Positions 61,129 to 64,000 of a stretch of 64,000 nucleotides of DNA are shown here, piece by piece; position 1 is the first letter of the stretch, and every line of letters starts with the position of its first letter. Position numbers and translations under genes: made by a program. Location of the stretch: positions 4,093 through 68,092 of the forward strand of contig JBBIPK010000007.1 of the NCBI GenBank assembly GCA_037442885.1. The letters are read 5' to 3'. Below the pieces are notes generated by a model. It searched no databases and was not told the origin of the DNA. It saw only the letters and a list, made by a program, of their open reading frames with translations. Source of the DNA: Acidobacteriota bacterium. Lineage in GTDB: Bacteria > Acidobacteriota > Terriglobia > Acidiferrales > 2-02-FULL-67-57.

Positions 61129-61890
61129 CTAGCGAACGAGGTGCAGGATGCGGTCCCAGCGCGTCCAAGAAAAGAAATGGAGCGCGGTATCCCACCAGGC
61201 AGCCACCTCTCCAGAGAGGCCGTCGGCTTGGCGGCGGTTGGCGCGGCTGCCGAAGGACCAGTAGATGAAGAGGGGACGGCCGACGATGTTCTTGCGCTCG
61301 ACGAAGCCCCAGTAGCGGCTGTCCGAGCTGCGGTCGCGGTTGTCGCCCATGACGAAGTAGCGATTGGGAGGGATAACCAGCTCGTTGCTGTCGCGGAACT
61401 GGTCGAGCTGGGCAGCCCACTCGGCGGGCAGCTCGTGCACCAGGTAACTGTTTTCCGGGGGAAAGTTGTCCCGGAAATCCGAGTGAACGAGCGGATCCCG
61501 GTGAGTCTTGTAAGGCTCCTCGATAGGTTGACCGTTGATGAAAACCTGCCGCCGGACAATCTTCAGCCGGTCCCCCGGCAGCCCGATCACTCGCTTGACG
61601 AAGTGCTGGTGGGGCGGTTCCGGATACTTGAAGACGATGATGTCACCCCGGCGGAGGGGACGATAGGGGAGCAGCCCCTTGGCGTCACCCGGCTCGCCCG
61701 CAAAGGCAAACTTGTTGACGAGCAGGTGGTCACCGATCAGCAAGGTGTCTTCCATCGAACTGGACGGAATCTTGAACGCCTGCAGGATAAACGTGGTTCC
61801 AAAAAGCGCCAGAATGACGGTAACGAGCAGCGAGTCCAGGTACTCGCGGGGCGAACTGGCCTTCTTTTCTTTCCGCCGTGATTCGCTCAT
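61129..61890 (-). CDS. lepB: Signal peptidase I
   Basis: IPSSSME (Ser), FVKRVIG (Lys), GDNRDRSSDSRYWG. Confidence 0.96.
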   Translation of the reverse strand: MSESRRKEKKASSPREYLDSLLVTVILALFGTTFILQAFKIPSSSMEDTLLIGDHLLVNKFAFAGEPGDAKGLLPYRPLRRGDIIVFKYPEPPHQHFVKRVIGLPGDRLKIVRRQVFINGQPIEEPYKTHRDPLVHSDFRDNFPPENSYLVHELPAEWAAQLDQFRDSNELVIPPNRYFVMGDNRDRSSDSRYWGFVERKNIVGRPLFIYWSFGSRANRRQADGLSGEVAAWWDTALHFFSWTRWDRILHLVR

Positions 61891-62621
61891 ACGGTCTCCG
61901 ACGGCAATGGCTGCTGCAGGCGCTCGAGTGCCGTGCGCGCGGCTTGCTGCTCGGCTGCTTTTTTGCTCACCCCACGGCCTTCCGCCAGCCGCACATCGCC
62001 GACCCAAACCGCAACAGTGAACTGCTTGCGATGTTCAGGGCCGTGGGTGGAGACAACCTGGTAGCGGGCGGGCGGCTGCTGGAAGGCCTGCAGGTGTTCC
62101 TGCAGGGCGGACTTATAATCGGCCCGGGCCAGGGCATCGATTCCTGTGCGTTCCAGCTCCTCGAGCCAGAGGCGGCGCACAAGCCCGCGCGCTGCCTCGA
62201 TGCCACCATCAAGATAGACGGCCGCAATCAAGGCCTCCACCGTGTTCGCTAGGATGGTTTGTTTGTGACGGCCTCCGGTCTTTTCCTCGCCGGGACCGAG
62301 CCGCAGATAGCGCCCCAGGTCAAGCTGCCCGGCCACCGCGTAGAGACGAGCGGCGCTGACCAGATTGGATTTGATGCGAGCCAACGTACCCTCCCGCAGG
62401 CGCGAGCCCAAGCGGTAGAGCTCCTCGCTGACCAGAAAGCCCAGAATGGCATCCCCGAAGAATTCCAGCCGCTCGTTGTCGCCCGCCGCGGCATCCGGTT
62501 CACCCCGATGGGAGCGATGAGTCAAGGCCTGTTGCAGCAAGGCGCGATCGTGAAACGTGTAACCGAGGACCTGCTCAAGCGCGTCCAGTTGCTCCAGGGT
62601 GTTCGTGCGTCCGAGCTTCAC
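61887..62621 (-). CDS. rnc: Ribonuclease III
   Basis: NERLEFFGDAIL, ANTVEALIAA, C-terminal dsRBD. Confidence 0.97.
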   Translation of the reverse strand: MKLGRTNTLEQLDALEQVLGYTFHDRALLQQALTHRSHRGEPDAAAGDNERLEFFGDAILGFLVSEELYRLGSRLREGTLARIKSNLVSAARLYAVAGQLDLGRYLRLGPGEEKTGGRHKQTILANTVEALIAAVYLDGGIEAARGLVRRLWLEELERTGIDALARADYKSALQEHLQAFQQPPARYQVVSTHGPEHRKQFTVAVWVGDVRLAEGRGVSKKAAEQQAARTALERLQQPLPSETV

Positions 62622-62623
62622 GG

Positions 62624-63478
62624 TCAGATTTCGGGCTGCGGAGGCTTGGGCGCCGGTGGCTGGCTCTCCGGCGGCGTGGGGGCGGCCGGCTTGCGTTTTG
62701 CCAATTCTTGCTCGGCGAGCTTCAGGTGCTCGACCGCCTGCTCGTACATCGGCCCACCGAGGCCCACGGCCTTGCGAAACATCTCTACCGCTTGCTCGTG
62801 CTTGCCTTGGAGGAGATAGGCGCGGCCCAAGCGGATCAGGTCAGCCTGGTTGGGTTGCAGTTCGGCCAGTTGGACCGCTCTGAGCAGCTCCTCTTCGGCT
62901 TTCGGGTTGTTTTCGCGAAGAAGGTAGATGTAGCCCAGGGTCGCGTGCGGCTGGGCTTCGATCAGCTTCTTCTGCAGCTCGATCTCTTCCTGCGTCATCG
63001 TCGGCGGGGGACGGAGAGCCGTCAGGTAGGAGGGAAGGAGTTCGAGGGAGCGCTGAGCATATTTTTCGGCCTTCAACAGTTTTTCGGCGTAATCGGTATC
63101 CTCCTTCTTGGCCCCCTCGGCCAGCGCATCGGCAACGATCATATGAGCCATGGGATCATCACCCTTGAGCGCAATCGCGCGCTCGCCGTACTCGACGGCC
63201 TTGGCGTGATTGTTGATCCGCCGGAAGGAGTCGCTGGCATGCAGGCAAAGGCTCCAGGCATAGGGGGTATCGGGGTATTTCTGGAGAAACTCCTCGATGA
63301 GCTTGGCGCGCTGGGCCCGATCGAGAGTGGACTCAATCGCCATCAGTGCCTGGCGCTGCTCGGCGGCCGGATCAGCGGGCGGGGCCGGCTTTTGCTCTTG
63401 AGCGGGCTGCTGGGCCCCCAGCAGGGCAGTGGCGAGCAAGAGCAGAGACAGAGTCAAAAGGCATCGCGGGTGTTTCAC
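62624..63478 (-). CDS. Secreted TPR-repeat protein
   Basis: Signal peptide; helical repeats (LGYIYL, LGRAYLLQGK). Confidence 0.8.
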   Translation of the reverse strand: MKHPRCLLTLSLLLLATALLGAQQPAQEQKPAPPADPAAEQRQALMAIESTLDRAQRAKLIEEFLQKYPDTPYAWSLCLHASDSFRRINNHAKAVEYGERAIALKGDDPMAHMIVADALAEGAKKEDTDYAEKLLKAEKYAQRSLELLPSYLTALRPPPTMTQEEIELQKKLIEAQPHATLGYIYLLRENNPKAEEELLRAVQLAELQPNQADLIRLGRAYLLQGKHEQAVEMFRKAVGLGGPMYEQAVEHLKLAEQELAKRKPAAPTPPESQPPAPKPPQPEI

Positions 63479-63516
63479 AAGAGTTTCCTCCTCCTGGTTG
63501 GACTCCTTTCGCTTTC

Positions 63517-64000
63517 CTACGGTTGCATATCTCTCAGCAAGGGCCGGTAGGGAGCCTCCAGGCCGCGGCGAGCCGCCTCCTGAGCCCTGGGCGGAATGCC
63601 CGCCAGCGCCAGGGCGGCGCGGTAGCTGGTGAGCGCCTCTTCCCTTTTGCCAGCCAGATCATAGAGCCGCCCCAGATAGACGTAAGTCCACCCCAGGATG
63701 TGGGGGTCGCGGGCGACGCGGGCGGTGCGTTCGAACAACTCACGCGCGCGTTCCGCCTCCCGCTGCAGGCTGGCAATGACAGCAAGGCCGTAGAGAGCGC
63801 GCGGCTCTTCGGCGTTGTATTCGCTCAGGGCGCGCTCGAAGAGGAGGCGCGCGCGTTCGTGGTTTCCCTGGGCTAGCTGGCGCTCAGCTTCCGCCAGCAG
63901 GGGTTCCGGTCCGGGGGCCACCAGTGGCTCGGACGCCGCCGGTTGCTCCTCCGCGGGAGCAAAGCGCAGTTGCTCCAGACGCGTGCGTTCCGATAGCGGG
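63517..64000 (-). CDS. C-terminal part of a TPR protein, N-terminus beyond the window
   Basis: Frame open to the window end (PLSERTRLEQL...); ALYGLA and YLGRLYD TPR helices. Confidence 0.75.
   Translation of the reverse strand, partial: PLSERTRLEQLRFAPAEEQPAASEPLVAPGPEPLLAEAERQLAQGNHERARLLFERALSEYNAEEPRALYGLAVIASLQREAERARELFERTARVARDPHILGWTYVYLGRLYDLAGKREEALTSYRAALALAGIPPRAQEAARRGLEAPYRPLLRDMQP

Overview
GC-rich bacterial chromosome segment; gene content and order suggest Acidobacteriota (inference). It is mostly housekeeping. The minus strand carries a dcw cluster (mraZ-rsmH-ftsL-ftsI-murE-murF-mraY-murD-ftsW-murG-murC-murB-ftsQ-ftsA-ftsZ; no ddl) preceded by a near-consensus sigma70 promoter and 10-bp-periodic GTGG boxes. 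Also present: an ECF sigma/anti-sigma/DUF3106 trio, ZIP, a YchF-like NTPase, tRNA-Val(CAC), MoxR-DUF58 and a transglutaminase, mutY, pgpA-cinA-thpR, HD-GYP, ftsY, ribD/ribE/ribBX, pit, uvrB, an ATP-dependent ligase, AsmA, lepB and rnc. An accessory stretch (about 25.8-33.4 kb) holds a lipid/outer-membrane module, a ToxR/CadC-like regulator, a dense cluster of CTAG-bounded MITE-like elements carrying nested REP hairpins, short tandem repeats, an unannotated (FxxNG)6 micro-ORF, an AT-richer pair of orphan envelope genes and a decayed PH-domain gene. Main highlights: the FxxNG peptide; a membrane-anchored UxxC selenoprotein with a SECIS-like hairpin; a four-helix-bundle gene bracketed by heptamer repeats; a bacterial MFSD1-like transporter; and two genes split by single frameshifts. 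No CRISPR array, rRNA, integrase, transposase or reverse transcriptase was seen. All family assignments come from motif recognition, not database searches.
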